DNA of 64,000 nucleotides from Dehalococcoidia bacterium (GTDB lineage Bacteria; Chloroflexota; Dehalococcoidia; Lucifugimonadales; UBA3495), in contig OZ244251.1 of NCBI GenBank assembly GCA_965217175.1, positions 3,346,686-3,410,685 on the forward strand, read 5' to 3'. Position numbers and translations under genes: made by a program. The notes beneath the pieces were generated by a model that was not told the DNA's origin, ran no database searches, and saw only the letters and a list, made by a program, of their open reading frames with translations. Below, one piece after another: positions 38,181 to 47,705 of the stretch (position 1 is its first letter; every line of letters starts with the position of its first letter).

Positions 38181-39431
38181 TTATTCTTCGTCCAGGCCGG
38201 GGACGGGGAAGCGGTTGCCCAGGTGCCTGACCTCTTCCCCAATTGCAGACAGGGCGGCCTCGTCGCCTATGTTCGCCAGCGTACGCACGATCAACCTGGC
38301 AACCTGCCGGGTGTCATCTTCGCCCATGCCCCGGCTGGTGATGGCAGGGGTACCCAGGCGCAAGCCGGACGCAGTTCGTGGAGGCAACTGGTCGTATGGT
38401 ATCGCGTTCTTGTTGGCCACGATGTTTACCGATTCCAGGGCCCGTTCCGCCTGTCTGCCGGTAATGTCCAGCGGCGTGAGATCCACCAGCATCAGGTGAT
38501 TATCGGTCCCGCCGGCAACCAGCCGTACGCCAGACTCAGACAACTCCTGCGCCAATGCCTGGGCATTGGCCACCACCTGGTGGGCGTAACGTGAGAAATC
38601 GGGCTGGAGGGCCTCGCCGAAGCAAACCGCTTTCGCGGCAATAACGTGCATGAACGGCCCGCCCTGCATATACGGGAAAACTGCGAAATCTATTTTTCGG
38701 GCCAGGTCGGCATCGGCGAGAATCATTCCGCCGCGGGGGCCCCGCAGCGTTTTCTGCGTCGTGGAGGTAACGATCTGCGCGTGCGGGAATGGCGACGGAT
38801 GCGCCCCACCGGCAATCAGCCCCGAGATATGGGCCATGTCGACCATCAACTGGGCGCCCACCGAATCGGCGATTGCTCTGAACCTTGGGAAATCCAGGAT
38901 ACGCGAGTAGCTGCTGCAACCCGCAACGATCAGTTTGGGATTGTGCTCCCGCGCCAGTTGTTCAACCTGGTCGTAGTCGATGGTCTCCGTGTCCCGATCC
39001 ACGCCGTACGGCACGAAGTTGTACAGGTTACCGGAAAAGTTCACTCCAGCACCGTGGGTCAGGTGTCCCCCCATGTCCAACTGCATACCGAGAACGGTGT
39101 CGCCCGTCTCCAATACCGCGAAATACGCCGCCATGTTGGCCTGGGCGCCGCTGTGGGCCTGCACGTTGGCGTGTTGGGCCCCAAACAGTTCCTTGACCCG
39201 ATCAATAGCCAGCGTTTCAACCACATCCACGTTTTCGCAACCACCGTAGTATCGACGGCCCGGGTATCCCTCGGCGTATTTGTTGTTCATCAACTGGGCC
39301 TGGGCTTCGAGCACTGCCTTGCTGGCATAATTCTCCGAGGCGATGAGCACGATGGAATCCCGCTGTCGCCGGTTTTCGTTGGCAATCGCCTGGGCAACGG
39401 CAGGATCGATGCGTTCAAGAACTGTGGTCAT
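38181..39431 (-). CDS. glyA: serine hydroxymethyltransferase
   Basis: [41 protein letters not shown]..., and the PLP-lysine region [15 protein letters not shown] (family consensus [10 protein letters not shown]). Start at [10 protein letters not shown] (ATG 39431) with GAGGAG RBS. Confidence 0.95.
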   Translation of the reverse strand: MTTVLERIDPAVAQAIANENRRQRDSIVLIASENYASKAVLEAQAQLMNNKYAEGYPGRRYYGGCENVDVVETLAIDRVKELFGAQHANVQAHSGAQANMAAYFAVLETGDTVLGMQLDMGGHLTHGAGVNFSGNLYNFVPYGVDRDTETIDYDQVEQLAREHNPKLIVAGCSSYSRILDFPRFRAIADSVGAQLMVDMAHISGLIAGGAHPSPFPHAQIVTSTTQKTLRGPRGGMILADADLARKIDFAVFPYMQGGPFMHVIAAKAVCFGEALQPDFSRYAHQVVANAQALAQELSESGVRLVAGGTDNHLMLVDLTPLDITGRQAERALESVNIVANKNAIPYDQLPPRTASGLRLGTPAITSRGMGEDDTRQVARLIVRTLANIGDEAALSAIGEEVRHLGNRFPVPGLDEE

Positions 39432-39776
39432 GGTCAATCGTCTCCTCGGGGATATCAATCATCAGGGTGCGCCAGGTGGCGAAACTGTTTTTTCATCATA
39501 ACAAATCGAAAGCGGTGGCGGTGGTGCTACGCTCCCGGCCCGGTTTAGACACTGGTGTGGCGAGTTGGCCGGAGCCCACAGACACGAGATGACTTCCGAC
39601 GCGGCAGCCTTCGAGCGTGGCGCATCTATTCGACGGGACTCATGGATATCACTGCCAGAATTTGTGGTTCAGAGACAGTCAGGACGTCGCTGCGACTGCG
39701 GCGAACGACGGAAATATCAGCAGTGGAGGACACTCGATCCATCGATACACGGGATCTTCCGCGCCAGGATCGGCCG

Positions 39777-40238
39777 CTACGCTTCCCGCTCTATTGCTGT
39801 TCTCACCGATGCCAATATGCGACCGTAGGCGTTGCAGCGGCACAGGTTGCCCGACAGCGCTTCTAGGACTTCATCATCGGTTGGCGTGGGGTTGGTGTTT
39901 AGCAACGCCCTGGTGGCCATCACGAATCCCGGCGTGCAAAAACCACATTGACCCCCGTCTTCGTCGAGGTACGACTGCTGCAGCTCGGACAATATTCCGC
40001 CGGAAGCCAGACCCTCTATGGTCGCAACATTGGTACCGTCGACGCGAGAGGCCAGAACCTGGCAGGCGTTTACAGGTTTGCCATCCAGCAACACGGTGCA
40101 CGACCCGCACTCGCCCCGGTCGCAACCTCGCTTGGCGCCTGTCAATCCGAGCGAATCCCGCAGCACGTCGAGCAACGACCAATACTGGTGCAGCTGAATC
40201 GCCACCGAGTTTCCGTTGACCGTGATATTGATTTCCAT
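39777..40238 (-). CDS. (2Fe-2S)-binding small subunit of an XDH/CoxS-family molybdoenzyme
   Basis: MEINITVNG...GAKRGCDRGECGSCTVLLDGKPVNAC...GGQCGFCTPGFVMA...SGNLCRCNAY: both [2Fe-2S] Cys clusters are present. Start at ATG 40238; the rest of the 384-aa ORF is a non-coding-like extension. Confidence 0.9.
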   Translation of the reverse strand: MEINITVNGNSVAIQLHQYWSLLDVLRDSLGLTGAKRGCDRGECGSCTVLLDGKPVNACQVLASRVDGTNVATIEGLASGGILSELQQSYLDEDGGQCGFCTPGFVMATRALLNTNPTPTDDEVLEALSGNLCRCNAYGRILASVRTAIEREA

Positions 40239-40419
40239 CAGATTACCGTGGTCTGGGCTTGAATCTTGAGCAACCATAAGCTCCATCATCCTACGCCCGC
40301 GGTCGCCCCTCGGCAAGTGCATGGCGCTACCGTCGTTGACGTCTGACCGGGCCATTGATACCATCAGGCGCAACCCGCCGAAACCCAACGACCCGTCCAA
40401 CACCGTGGGGCGACCTGAT

Positions 40420-42708
40420 ATGACAACCACACCGCCACCGCCACTCACCACCGTGGGCCACAGCGTGCCACGGCGAGAGTTGGCAGACAAACTCACCGGC
40501 GCTGCCCAGTATTCGGCGGACATATCATTGCCAGGGATGCTGCACGGGGTAATTGTCCGCAGCCCGCATCCCCATGCCGACGTAATCTCGGTCGATGTTA
40601 GTGGCGCCCTGGCCCTGGAAGGTGTCCGTGCTGCTGTTACGCCAGACGATGCTCCGGTCGCCCGTTTGGCCCCCGATTTATTGGTGCTGGACACGCGCGT
40701 CAGGTTCGTTGGCGACGAAGTAGCCGCGGTGGCCGCCATTGATCTGGACACTGCTCGTCGCGCTGCTGCAACGGTAAAGGTCGAATATCGGCCCTTGCCT
40801 TTTGTTACGGACCCGGTTGCTGCCCTGGAACCCGGCGCACCGGCCATCCACCCCAACGGCAATCTGGCCATCCCTGAACCGTTGGCCCTCCAACGAGGCG
40901 ACATCGATGCCGGATTTGCAGCCGCCGACATAATTCTCGAAGAGACCTATACTCTGCCGACGCATTCGGCCACACCCCTCGAACCTCGGGCTGCTCTGGC
41001 TGCCTGGGAAAATGGTCACCTGACGGTATGGAAGTCCACTCGCGGAGTCCACGTAGACCGGGCGGCGCTGGCCCATGTCCTGGGAGTCCCCGCCGAGCAG
41101 GTGCGCGTAATCGGCCCCACCATGGGCGGCGGATACGGCAACAAGGACGAGTCGCGTATGGCGGCGCTCGCTGCATTGTTGGCTCAACGCGCTGGCCAAC
41201 CCGTCCGCGTCGAGTACAGCCGCGAGGAAGAGTTCGTCGCGGGTCGGACTCGCCACGGAGGCCGGATCAACCTGAGGATCGGCGTGAAAAACAACGGCGA
41301 TATCACGGCCATCCACGGTGACGCCATCATGGATTCCGGTGCGTATCAATCCTCGGCCCCGGGCGTGGCTCGCCGTGCCGGCCAGGGGATACTTTACCTG
41401 TACCGCTGCCCCAACGTTCGGTTCGATGCCCGTCCAGCCACCACCAACAAACCCGTTTCAGGCAGCTATCGCGCTTTGGGAGCTCCCCAGGGACACTTCG
41501 CGCTCGAAACGCTGATCGACCGGGCCGCTGACGCCGTCGGCATGGATCCGCTGGCGTTTCGTCTTCGCAATCGTGTACCACTGGAAGGACAGGCTGGACC
41601 ACGCCTGTCGCCCGCCGACGAGATCGTGGACGGGCAACCTCTTGAAGGCGGCATTCCGTTCTCCAGCAACGGTTTGGAAGAATGTCTCCGCCGCGGTGCA
41701 GCCCAGTTCGGGTGGGGAGAACAGTTCGAACGAACCGATGCTTCCGACCCCTTTGTTCGTCGTGGTCGCGGCATGAGCATGATGATCTATCGCGGCGGGG
41801 TGGGCTCCGAATCGGCCGCCGGCCTGACCATTGGAACGGATGGCAAAGTACAACTGATCAGCGGATTGATCGACGTAGGCGAAGGGGCCGTTACGGTGCT
41901 GGCGCAGCTGGCAGCCGAAGCTCTTTCCATTGGCTACGAAGATATTCAACCGCTGTTCGCCGACACGGCGGCAACGCCCAATGCCCCCATAACGGCCGGG
42001 TCCACGGCCACATTCTCCACCGGAACCGCGGTTCTGCAGGCTGCCGAGAAATTACGCGACCGCGTTTTTGCGGTGGCTGCGCGTCAATTGCAGGTACGAC
42101 GCGATGACCTGTCCATGGCCGACGGTGCGGTGTTCGTCGCCACCGAATCCGCGAACCGAGTGACGTTCGCCCAACTGGCTCAATCAGTGGCCCCCGAATC
42201 TTTGAGCGCCGAAGCGACGATCACGCCGGGCAGTCCGGATTACATCGTCAATTCGTTCGGGGCGCATTTCTGCGAGATCGAAGTCGACACTGCCACCGGC
42301 CGCGTGCGCGTATCACGGTATGTCGCGGCCCAGGATTCGGGTCGAATTATCAACCCTCGCACCGCATTGAATCAGGTTGAAGGAGCTATTTCCCAGATGC
42401 TCGGTTTCGCCCTCAGTGAAGAACTTGTTACCGATGTTCCCACCGGCGTTACGCTCAACGGCAGTTATCTGGAGCATAAAAGCCCAACGATTCGCGACTA
42501 CCCTGGCGTTGAAACAATCTATGCCAACGTGGTGGACCCCATCGGCCCAATGGGAGCAAAAGCGCTGGGAGAAGTGCCGTCGGTCGGCGTGGCTCCCGCA
42601 ATAGTAAACGCTTTGTACGATGCCATTGGCGTGCGCTTCGTTGAATTGCCGGTGACCCCCGACAAGATTTTGATTGCCCTGCAAAACCAGCAATCGGGCT
42701 CCGAGTAA
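40420..42708 (+). CDS. xanthine dehydrogenase-family molybdopterin-binding large subunit (aldehyde oxidase/CoxL-like; not a form-I/II CODH signature)
   Basis: GHSVPRRELADKLTGAAQYSADI..., ...GGGYGNK..., ...SGSYRALGAPQGHFALE..., ...GEGAVTVLAQ..., C-terminal ...GPMGAKALGEVP. The AYxCSFR/AYRGAGR CODH motifs are absent. Start taken at ATG 40420 (maximal ORF 40321). Confidence 0.9.
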   Translation: MTTTPPPPLTTVGHSVPRRELADKLTGAAQYSADISLPGMLHGVIVRSPHPHADVISVDVSGALALEGVRAAVTPDDAPVARLAPDLLVLDTRVRFVGDEVAAVAAIDLDTARRAAATVKVEYRPLPFVTDPVAALEPGAPAIHPNGNLAIPEPLALQRGDIDAGFAAADIILEETYTLPTHSATPLEPRAALAAWENGHLTVWKSTRGVHVDRAALAHVLGVPAEQVRVIGPTMGGGYGNKDESRMAALAALLAQRAGQPVRVEYSREEEFVAGRTRHGGRINLRIGVKNNGDITAIHGDAIMDSGAYQSSAPGVARRAGQGILYLYRCPNVRFDARPATTNKPVSGSYRALGAPQGHFALETLIDRAADAVGMDPLAFRLRNRVPLEGQAGPRLSPADEIVDGQPLEGGIPFSSNGLEECLRRGAAQFGWGEQFERTDASDPFVRRGRGMSMMIYRGGVGSESAAGLTIGTDGKVQLISGLIDVGEGAVTVLAQLAAEALSIGYEDIQPLFADTAATPNAPITAGSTATFSTGTAVLQAAEKLRDRVFAVAARQLQVRRDDLSMADGAVFVATESANRVTFAQLAQSVAPESLSAEATITPGSPDYIVNSFGAHFCEIEVDTATGRVRVSRYVAAQDSGRIINPRTALNQVEGAISQMLGFALSEELVTDVPTGVTLNGSYLEHKSPTIRDYPGVETIYANVVDPIGPMGAKALGEVPSVGVAPAIVNALYDAIGVRFVELPVTPDKILIALQNQQSGSE

Positions 42709-42714
42709 ATCGCT

Positions 42715-43707
42715 ATGCCGTTCCGTCTGAGCCAACCGGCAACACTGAATGAGGCCTGCGCCATCCTGGCCGCCGAACCCAACGGCGCCGCCATGATTGC
42801 AGGCGGCACCGATCTGTTGTCTGAAATTCGAAATGGCACCACGAACCCAACCACGCTGGTGGCGCTGGATAACGTGAACGACTCCAACTTGCGCGAAATC
42901 GCCGCAACTGCCAGTGGGGAGCTGCGAATAGGCGCCCTGGTCATCATCGCGGACATCGCTTCCCACGCTGAAATCCGTAACAACCATACGGCGCTCGCCG
43001 AAGCCGCGACTGGTCTCGCCACTCCACAGGTCCGCAACCTGGGGACATTGGGTGGAAACCTCACCCAGCGTCCACGCTGCTGGTACTATCGCCATCCCCT
43101 GACGGTGTGTTTGAAGCGTGGGGGCGACCACTGTTTTGCAGTCCAGGGCATGGGCAAGTATCTCTGCGTCACCGGAGGCGATCGGTGTTTCATCGTGCAC
43201 CCGTCCGATACCGCAGTGGCGCTGACAGCGCTGGGAGCCTCGGTCAGCATAACCGGCCTCCAGGGGGAATGGAATTTGCCCATCGACCAATTCTTCATCG
43301 GCCCCGACGTAGATCTGATGAGGGAGAACATCCTGGCGCCAGGAGAGATACTTACGGGCATCACAGTGCCACCGCCATCCCCAACGCAGCGCAGCATTTA
43401 CCTGAAAGCAGGGGAACGGGAATCTGGAGATTTCGCCCTGGTAAGTGTGGCAGCAGTTATTGATGTGGTGGATGGCACAATCAGTCGGGCATCGATAGTC
43501 CTGGGGGGAGTGGCGCCCACCCCATATCGCGCCGCTGCCACCGAGGAATACTTGCGATCCCAACCAACTACCTCGGTATCAATGGCGGAAGCGGGATCGC
43601 TGGCGATCGCAGATCGCAGGCCGCTGCCCGACAACGCCTACAAAATTCCCATGGCTGCCAACCTGGTAAACCGGGCCATAACCAGACTTCTGCAACGCGA
43701 CGGATAG
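42715..43707 (+). CDS. FAD-binding (CoxM/XdhB-like) medium subunit of the molybdoenzyme
   Basis: MIAGGTDLLSEIRNG..., GTLGGNL..., C-terminal CO-dehydrogenase flavoprotein-like domain. 6-nt gap after the large subunit. Confidence 0.88.
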   Translation: MPFRLSQPATLNEACAILAAEPNGAAMIAGGTDLLSEIRNGTTNPTTLVALDNVNDSNLREIAATASGELRIGALVIIADIASHAEIRNNHTALAEAATGLATPQVRNLGTLGGNLTQRPRCWYYRHPLTVCLKRGGDHCFAVQGMGKYLCVTGGDRCFIVHPSDTAVALTALGASVSITGLQGEWNLPIDQFFIGPDVDLMRENILAPGEILTGITVPPPSPTQRSIYLKAGERESGDFALVSVAAVIDVVDGTISRASIVLGGVAPTPYRAAATEEYLRSQPTTSVSMAEAGSLAIADRRPLPDNAYKIPMAANLVNRAITRLLQRDG

Positions 43708-43769
43708 ATTCGCCGGGGCTACGATTTGCGTTACGCACGGGCGGATTCGTGCCACGACAGGCGTCCGTC

Positions 43770-43798
43770 TTGACATCCGAGTACCCCTGTTACAGAAT
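43770..43798 (+). promoter_or_regulatory. candidate sigma70-type promoter
   Basis: TTGACA (43770-43775), 17-nt spacer, CAGAAT (43793-43798), 33 nt upstream of ATG 43831. Pattern match only. Confidence 0.3.
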
Positions 43799-43830
43799 AG
43801 CGGCAACTCAAAATTGGCAGGAACGAGAGT

Positions 43831-44624
43831 ATGACAACAGTACAGAGCGGTTCCCGAACCTCCGTAAATGTTAATGGTACCGCCGTGGAGATGTTCTCCG
43901 GCGGCAGCGGCCCACCACTGGTCTTTTTCCACGGCGCCGGCGGATCGTCCGGATGGCAGGCCTACCACGAAGACCTGGCGGCCAACTACACGGTATACGT
44001 TCCCAGCCAACCCGGCTTCAATGGGACCGAAGGCCCCAGTTGGGCAAAGACCATTGGGGACGTGGCGTTTTTCAACCACATGTTCATTGACGCCCTGGGC
44101 TTGCAGGATATTGTTCTCATGGGCTCATCAATGGGTGGCTGGGTTTCAGCCGAGATGGCAGCCATGGATGACCACAACATTGACGCCCTGATCCTGGTGG
44201 ACGCCGCCGGCATCAAACCGATTCAAGGCGAGATCGCAGAGATATTTATGGTTTCCGCCGACACCAGGCTACAGCAGCGCTTCTATGATCCCAGCCAAGT
44301 GGAAAACTACGAAATCATCACCCGCGAGTTAACTCCCGAAGAACAGCTGGTAGTCCACTCCAACGCCATCACCGCCTCTCAACTCTGCTGGCGCCCATAC
44401 CTGAACAACCCGAGCCTTCCCCATACGCTGGCTCGCGTCGACACGCCAACACTCATCGTCTGGGGCCGGAAGATGCCATCATTCCCGTTGAATGTGGGCA
44501 CATGTTCCAGCAGGCGATCAATGGCAGTCAGCTTTGCATCATCGACAATTGTGGCCATTCGCCGGCCATTGAAAAGCGCAGCGAATTTGTTTCTGCAGTC
44601 AACAGCTTCCTGAACAGCCTTTAG
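43831..44624 (+). pseudogene. alpha/beta-fold hydrolase (MhpC/BphD-like) disrupted by a 1-nt frameshift near 44467-44470
   Basis: Frame 1 gives ...LVFFHGAGGS..., nucleophile elbow LMGSSMGGW, ...TPTLIVWGR, then junk to the stop at 44613. Shifting back 1 nt so that a new codon starts at 44469 (a base seems missing from the G run in CCGGAAG) gives EDAIIPVECGHMFQQAINGSQLCIIDNCGHSPAIEKRSEFVSAVNSFLNSL*, ending at 44624. That segment restores the catalytic Asp and His regions. Confidence 0.75.
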
Positions 44625-44720
44625 CCGGCAGGAGCCCAACCGTTCCCCAATTACCGGAACCAACCCCGCTGCCACACTCGACCCATTCTGCCGCGCAACA
44701 CCGAGAAGGAGCAAACCAAC

Positions 44721-45872
44721 ATGGCTCACCAGCTTGAAGTGTTCTGGTTCTCAGAACAACCTTACGGCCACGTCACGGAAGACGATCTGGCGCCCTTTGA
44801 ATCGGGAAGAATGCACTTCCCCAATACCTTTTTCGATCCCGAAAAGGCGCACGTTCTGTACTCCAACTACCACGACCAGTATCAACTGGCCGACGAGGTG
44901 GGCTTCGACGGCATCATGTCCAACGAGCACCACAGTTCGTACTGGTGCATGAAGCCGTCGGTCAACGTTGACGCCGCCGTTATTACCCAGCGTACCAAAA
45001 GAGCAAAAATTGCGATGCTGGGCAACGTAATCGCAGTCAATGACCCCGTCAAGATGGCCGAAGAGATCGCCATGCTGGACTGCATCAGCGGCGGCCGTAT
45101 CATCTCTGGATTCGTTCGGGGCACCGCCGTCGAGACGTTGCATGCCGGATATTCGCCCACGGAAAACCGCCCGCGATTCGAAGAGGCCCACGACCTTATC
45201 GTGAAGTGCTGGACGCAACCCGGCCCGTTCCGCTGGGACGGCGAATATTGGCCGCACCGCATGGTCAACCCCTGGGTGGTGCCAATCCAGAAGCCGCACC
45301 CTCCGGTCTGGTTCCCCGGCACCGGCTCCCCTGAGTCCGTAATCTGGGCCGCCAAGCACCGGTATCCCTACATGAACCTGGGTTCGCTGCTTGATCTTAC
45401 GAAGCAGTTGAAGGGTATTTACCACGAAACCGCCGCCGAGGAAGGTTACGAAGCGGGGCCCGAGCACTTCGGTTACCTGATCCGCTGCCTGGTTGCCGAC
45501 ACAGATGAAAAGGCCCAGGAGATTGGCCGAACCTTCCTGTGGACGGAGAACCACCGCAACCGTGGGCCGATGGAATTCAACGACCCGCCCGGTTACCAGT
45601 CTCGCGAAGCCCTGCGCATCAAGATGTCGCGCCCCCTGATCGGTACCGGCACCATGGGCCAGCGCATGAGCTATGAGCAGCTGCAGGACGCGTACAATAT
45701 CATCGTGGGTAGCCCTGAAACCGTAATCGAGAAATTGCGGCACATCCGCGAGGACCTCGAACCCGGTTACATCCTCATCTACGGCAACGAAGGCCACATG
45801 CCCCACGAGGACGTGATGCGTTCTGTCGAGTTGCTGGGTACCAGGGTCATCCCCGCTTTGAAAGAGGGCTAG
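44721..45872 (+). CDS. LLM-class flavin-dependent oxidoreductase
   Basis: LEVFWFSEQPY...VGFDGIMSNEHHSSYWCMKPSVNVDAAVITQRTKRAKIAMLGNVIAVNDPVKMAEEIAMLDCISGGRIISGFVRG. AAGGAG RBS. Confidence 0.88.
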   Translation: MAHQLEVFWFSEQPYGHVTEDDLAPFESGRMHFPNTFFDPEKAHVLYSNYHDQYQLADEVGFDGIMSNEHHSSYWCMKPSVNVDAAVITQRTKRAKIAMLGNVIAVNDPVKMAEEIAMLDCISGGRIISGFVRGTAVETLHAGYSPTENRPRFEEAHDLIVKCWTQPGPFRWDGEYWPHRMVNPWVVPIQKPHPPVWFPGTGSPESVIWAAKHRYPYMNLGSLLDLTKQLKGIYHETAAEEGYEAGPEHFGYLIRCLVADTDEKAQEIGRTFLWTENHRNRGPMEFNDPPGYQSREALRIKMSRPLIGTGTMGQRMSYEQLQDAYNIIVGSPETVIEKLRHIREDLEPGYILIYGNEGHMPHEDVMRSVELLGTRVIPALKEG

Positions 45873-45906
45873 ACAGTAAATTCCAGCAACATATCCGCGT
45901 ACAAAA

Positions 45907-45936
45907 AGCGTCCCGGAGTGTATCCTCCGGGACGCT
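45907..45936. terminator. bidirectional hairpin terminator between convergent genes
   Basis: Perfect 12-bp stem AGCGTCCCGGAG-TGTATC-CTCCGGGACGCT, flanked by an A-run upstream (CAAAAA) and TATTTGTT downstream. Confidence 0.75.
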
Positions 45937-45969
45937 TATTTGTTAGGGAATGCCCTGAAAGCTGAAGCG

Positions 45970-47277
45970 CTAGCTGGCCCCGTTACGTTGTTGGGAGCCG
46001 TCAGGGTACAAATCGTCCCACAGCGCGTCCCGCCAATCCACGTCCACGGGCAAAACCGCCTGTGCTGGTCGCAGCATGTAGTAATTGCCGGCAACGCCCG
46101 GTGGCGTTTCCCCTTCGGCAACAGTGCGCGTAGCCTGCAGCAACATGCGGCGAGCATAAATGATGGCCATGTCGGTGCGGGACAGGTTCTCCCTGGTGCG
46201 GTCTACCACATAACCCATGCTTTCCTGCACAGCAACATCCTGAGCGTTAACACCGTCGATACCGCTGAAGGTTTCCGTTTTCTGAACATCGCGGTTAACC
46301 ATCCAGTTGTTGTCCCGGTTAACCCTGGTTCGGAAGTTGCCCAGCATGTGCTCGGGACCCCGGCCATAGCTGCGGTCCATCTCCACACGCTCATCATCCC
46401 CGATCGGATCATCGTACGACAGGTCCCAGTTCCACACCATGACCGAGTTGTCGTCCATGGGCACCCACATGTGTCCGGAAGCGAGGAAACCCGCTGGCCC
46501 GGGCCGGCCCCGGTATCCGCGTTGACTGGCGCGGATCTGGTGGAACGGCATGATGAAGTGATAAGCCCTGATGTGGTTGCCCTCGTCTCCCAGCGAGCGA
46601 ATTCCGGCGTAACGATAACCGTAGTCGGTTATATCCACCTCCAGTTCCGGCGGCCGACCCTGCACATGTGGCGAGTCAATCCGCAGGCCGGCGTGGGTGG
46701 TGTCAGCCCTGAGCGTCCGGTGCAGGATCGTGGCGTGGGCAGAGTCGATCCCCCCTTCCAGCGCCTGCAGCCAGTTGCACTCCTGCATGTTCTTGGTAAC
46801 GTGACGGTGCGTTGCCGGCACAGAAGCCCACTCAAAGTTTGGCGGAGCAGGAACATGCTCTTTCGGCCCCATGTAGGCCCAAATCACCCCGCCCATCTCA
46901 ATTGCGGGGTAAGACACCGTCGTCATTTTCGACGGAAAATCACTGTCCGCGGGCTCGTTCATCATGTCGACGCACTGGCCATTGACGTCAAATTTCCAGC
47001 CGTGATAAACGCAACGTAACCCGCATTCTTCGTTGCGGCCCAGCCACAACGAAACCAGGCGGTGCGGACATAATTCTTCCAGCAGGCCGATGCGACCCTC
47101 GGTGTCGCGAAACGCAACCAGCTCCTCACCCAGCAGTTTCAGGCGGACCGGTTCACCATCTGGTTCGGCCAGCTCCCACGAAAGCAGTGCCGGCATCCAA
47201 TAGCGGCGCATCAAGTCACCCATCGGTGTGCCGGGTCCGACCTGGGTGAGGGTAATGTTATCGGCCTGTGAAATCAT
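45970..47277 (-). CDS. Rieske [2Fe-2S] aromatic-ring-hydroxylating oxygenase, alpha subunit (phthalate-family type, no beta subunit)
   Basis: Rieske motif CPHRLVSLWLGRNEECGLRCVYHGWKF. Downstream mononuclear-iron region ...DSAHATILH... N-terminal MGDLMRRYWMPAL is typical of the phthalate/vanillate-type family. Confidence 0.88.
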   Translation of the reverse strand: MISQADNITLTQVGPGTPMGDLMRRYWMPALLSWELAEPDGEPVRLKLLGEELVAFRDTEGRIGLLEELCPHRLVSLWLGRNEECGLRCVYHGWKFDVNGQCVDMMNEPADSDFPSKMTTVSYPAIEMGGVIWAYMGPKEHVPAPPNFEWASVPATHRHVTKNMQECNWLQALEGGIDSAHATILHRTLRADTTHAGLRIDSPHVQGRPPELEVDITDYGYRYAGIRSLGDEGNHIRAYHFIMPFHQIRASQRGYRGRPGPAGFLASGHMWVPMDDNSVMVWNWDLSYDDPIGDDERVEMDRSYGRGPEHMLGNFRTRVNRDNNWMVNRDVQKTETFSGIDGVNAQDVAVQESMGYVVDRTRENLSRTDMAIIYARRMLLQATRTVAEGETPPGVAGNYYMLRPAQAVLPVDVDWRDALWDDLYPDGSQQRNGAS

Positions 47278-47543
47278 GGCGCTGTTGCTCCTTTTTCCGC
47301 CTCAATTGTGCAGCGGTTACTTACGGGTTACAAACCGCATACGCCGCCGAATCCCGGCTACCGAGCGATAACCGGCGATTCTCCTGCAGTCATTTTTGTC
47401 CCGTCGATCGAATAGAAGTATCCGGCGGTTGTACGCAGGCCCAAAGGCGAACGCCGCTACGACCGTATATCTTTTCGCTGAATGTACCAATAATCTCCCG
47501 CATTATCACGGATTCCCTATCACAGGTCAATTTGCTTAATGCC

Positions 47544-47705
47544 CTCACGCGTACCCACTTTAATCTGTCATTGCGAGGAGCATAGCGACGTGGCAACCTC
47601 GATGAGGTTGAACATACGTCGGCGAACCGCCGTTGCTACGGCGACGAGATTGCCAACCCCCGCACCGAGTACGGGGTCACAATGACAAAGTGGGAAGGCA
47701 TGAGA
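47544..47705. mobile_element. MITE-like non-autonomous element (162 bp) with terminal inverted repeats and a 9-bp target-site duplication
   Basis: Left TIR CTCACGCGTACCCACTTT (47544-47561) matches the reverse complement of 47687-47704 (CTCATGCCTTCCCACTTT) at 15/18. The match continues inward (GTCATTG) after a 5-nt indel. The element is flanked by perfect direct repeats CTTAATGCC (47535-47543 and 47706-47714). Internal hairpin CAACCTC-GAT-GAGGTTG (47594-47610). No ORF. Confidence 0.6.

Noticed and set aside
39432-39776. Possible ZTP, THF or other riboswitch in the 345-nt region upstream of glyA
   Set aside because: ACCGGGCC and CGCCACCUGGCGCA resemble pieces of the ZTP pseudoknot. The conserved ACUGGCG and CCGCCUGGGCA elements are absent, so I judged it a chance resemblance.
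42313-43563. 416-aa minus-strand ORF. Similar long antisense ORFs occur at 23444-24613, 44751-45806, 45940-47019 and 52399-53484.
   Set aside because: All of them overlap strongly supported genes on the opposite strand (Mo-enzyme subunits, GMC, LLM, Rieske, ABC ATPase) and have no recognisable domains.
10227-47705. The dispersed CATTGCGAGG-type repeats considered as a CRISPR array or similar
   Set aside because: The copies are single and tens of kb apart, with no regular spacing or spacer structure. They are better explained as MITE or REP-like elements.
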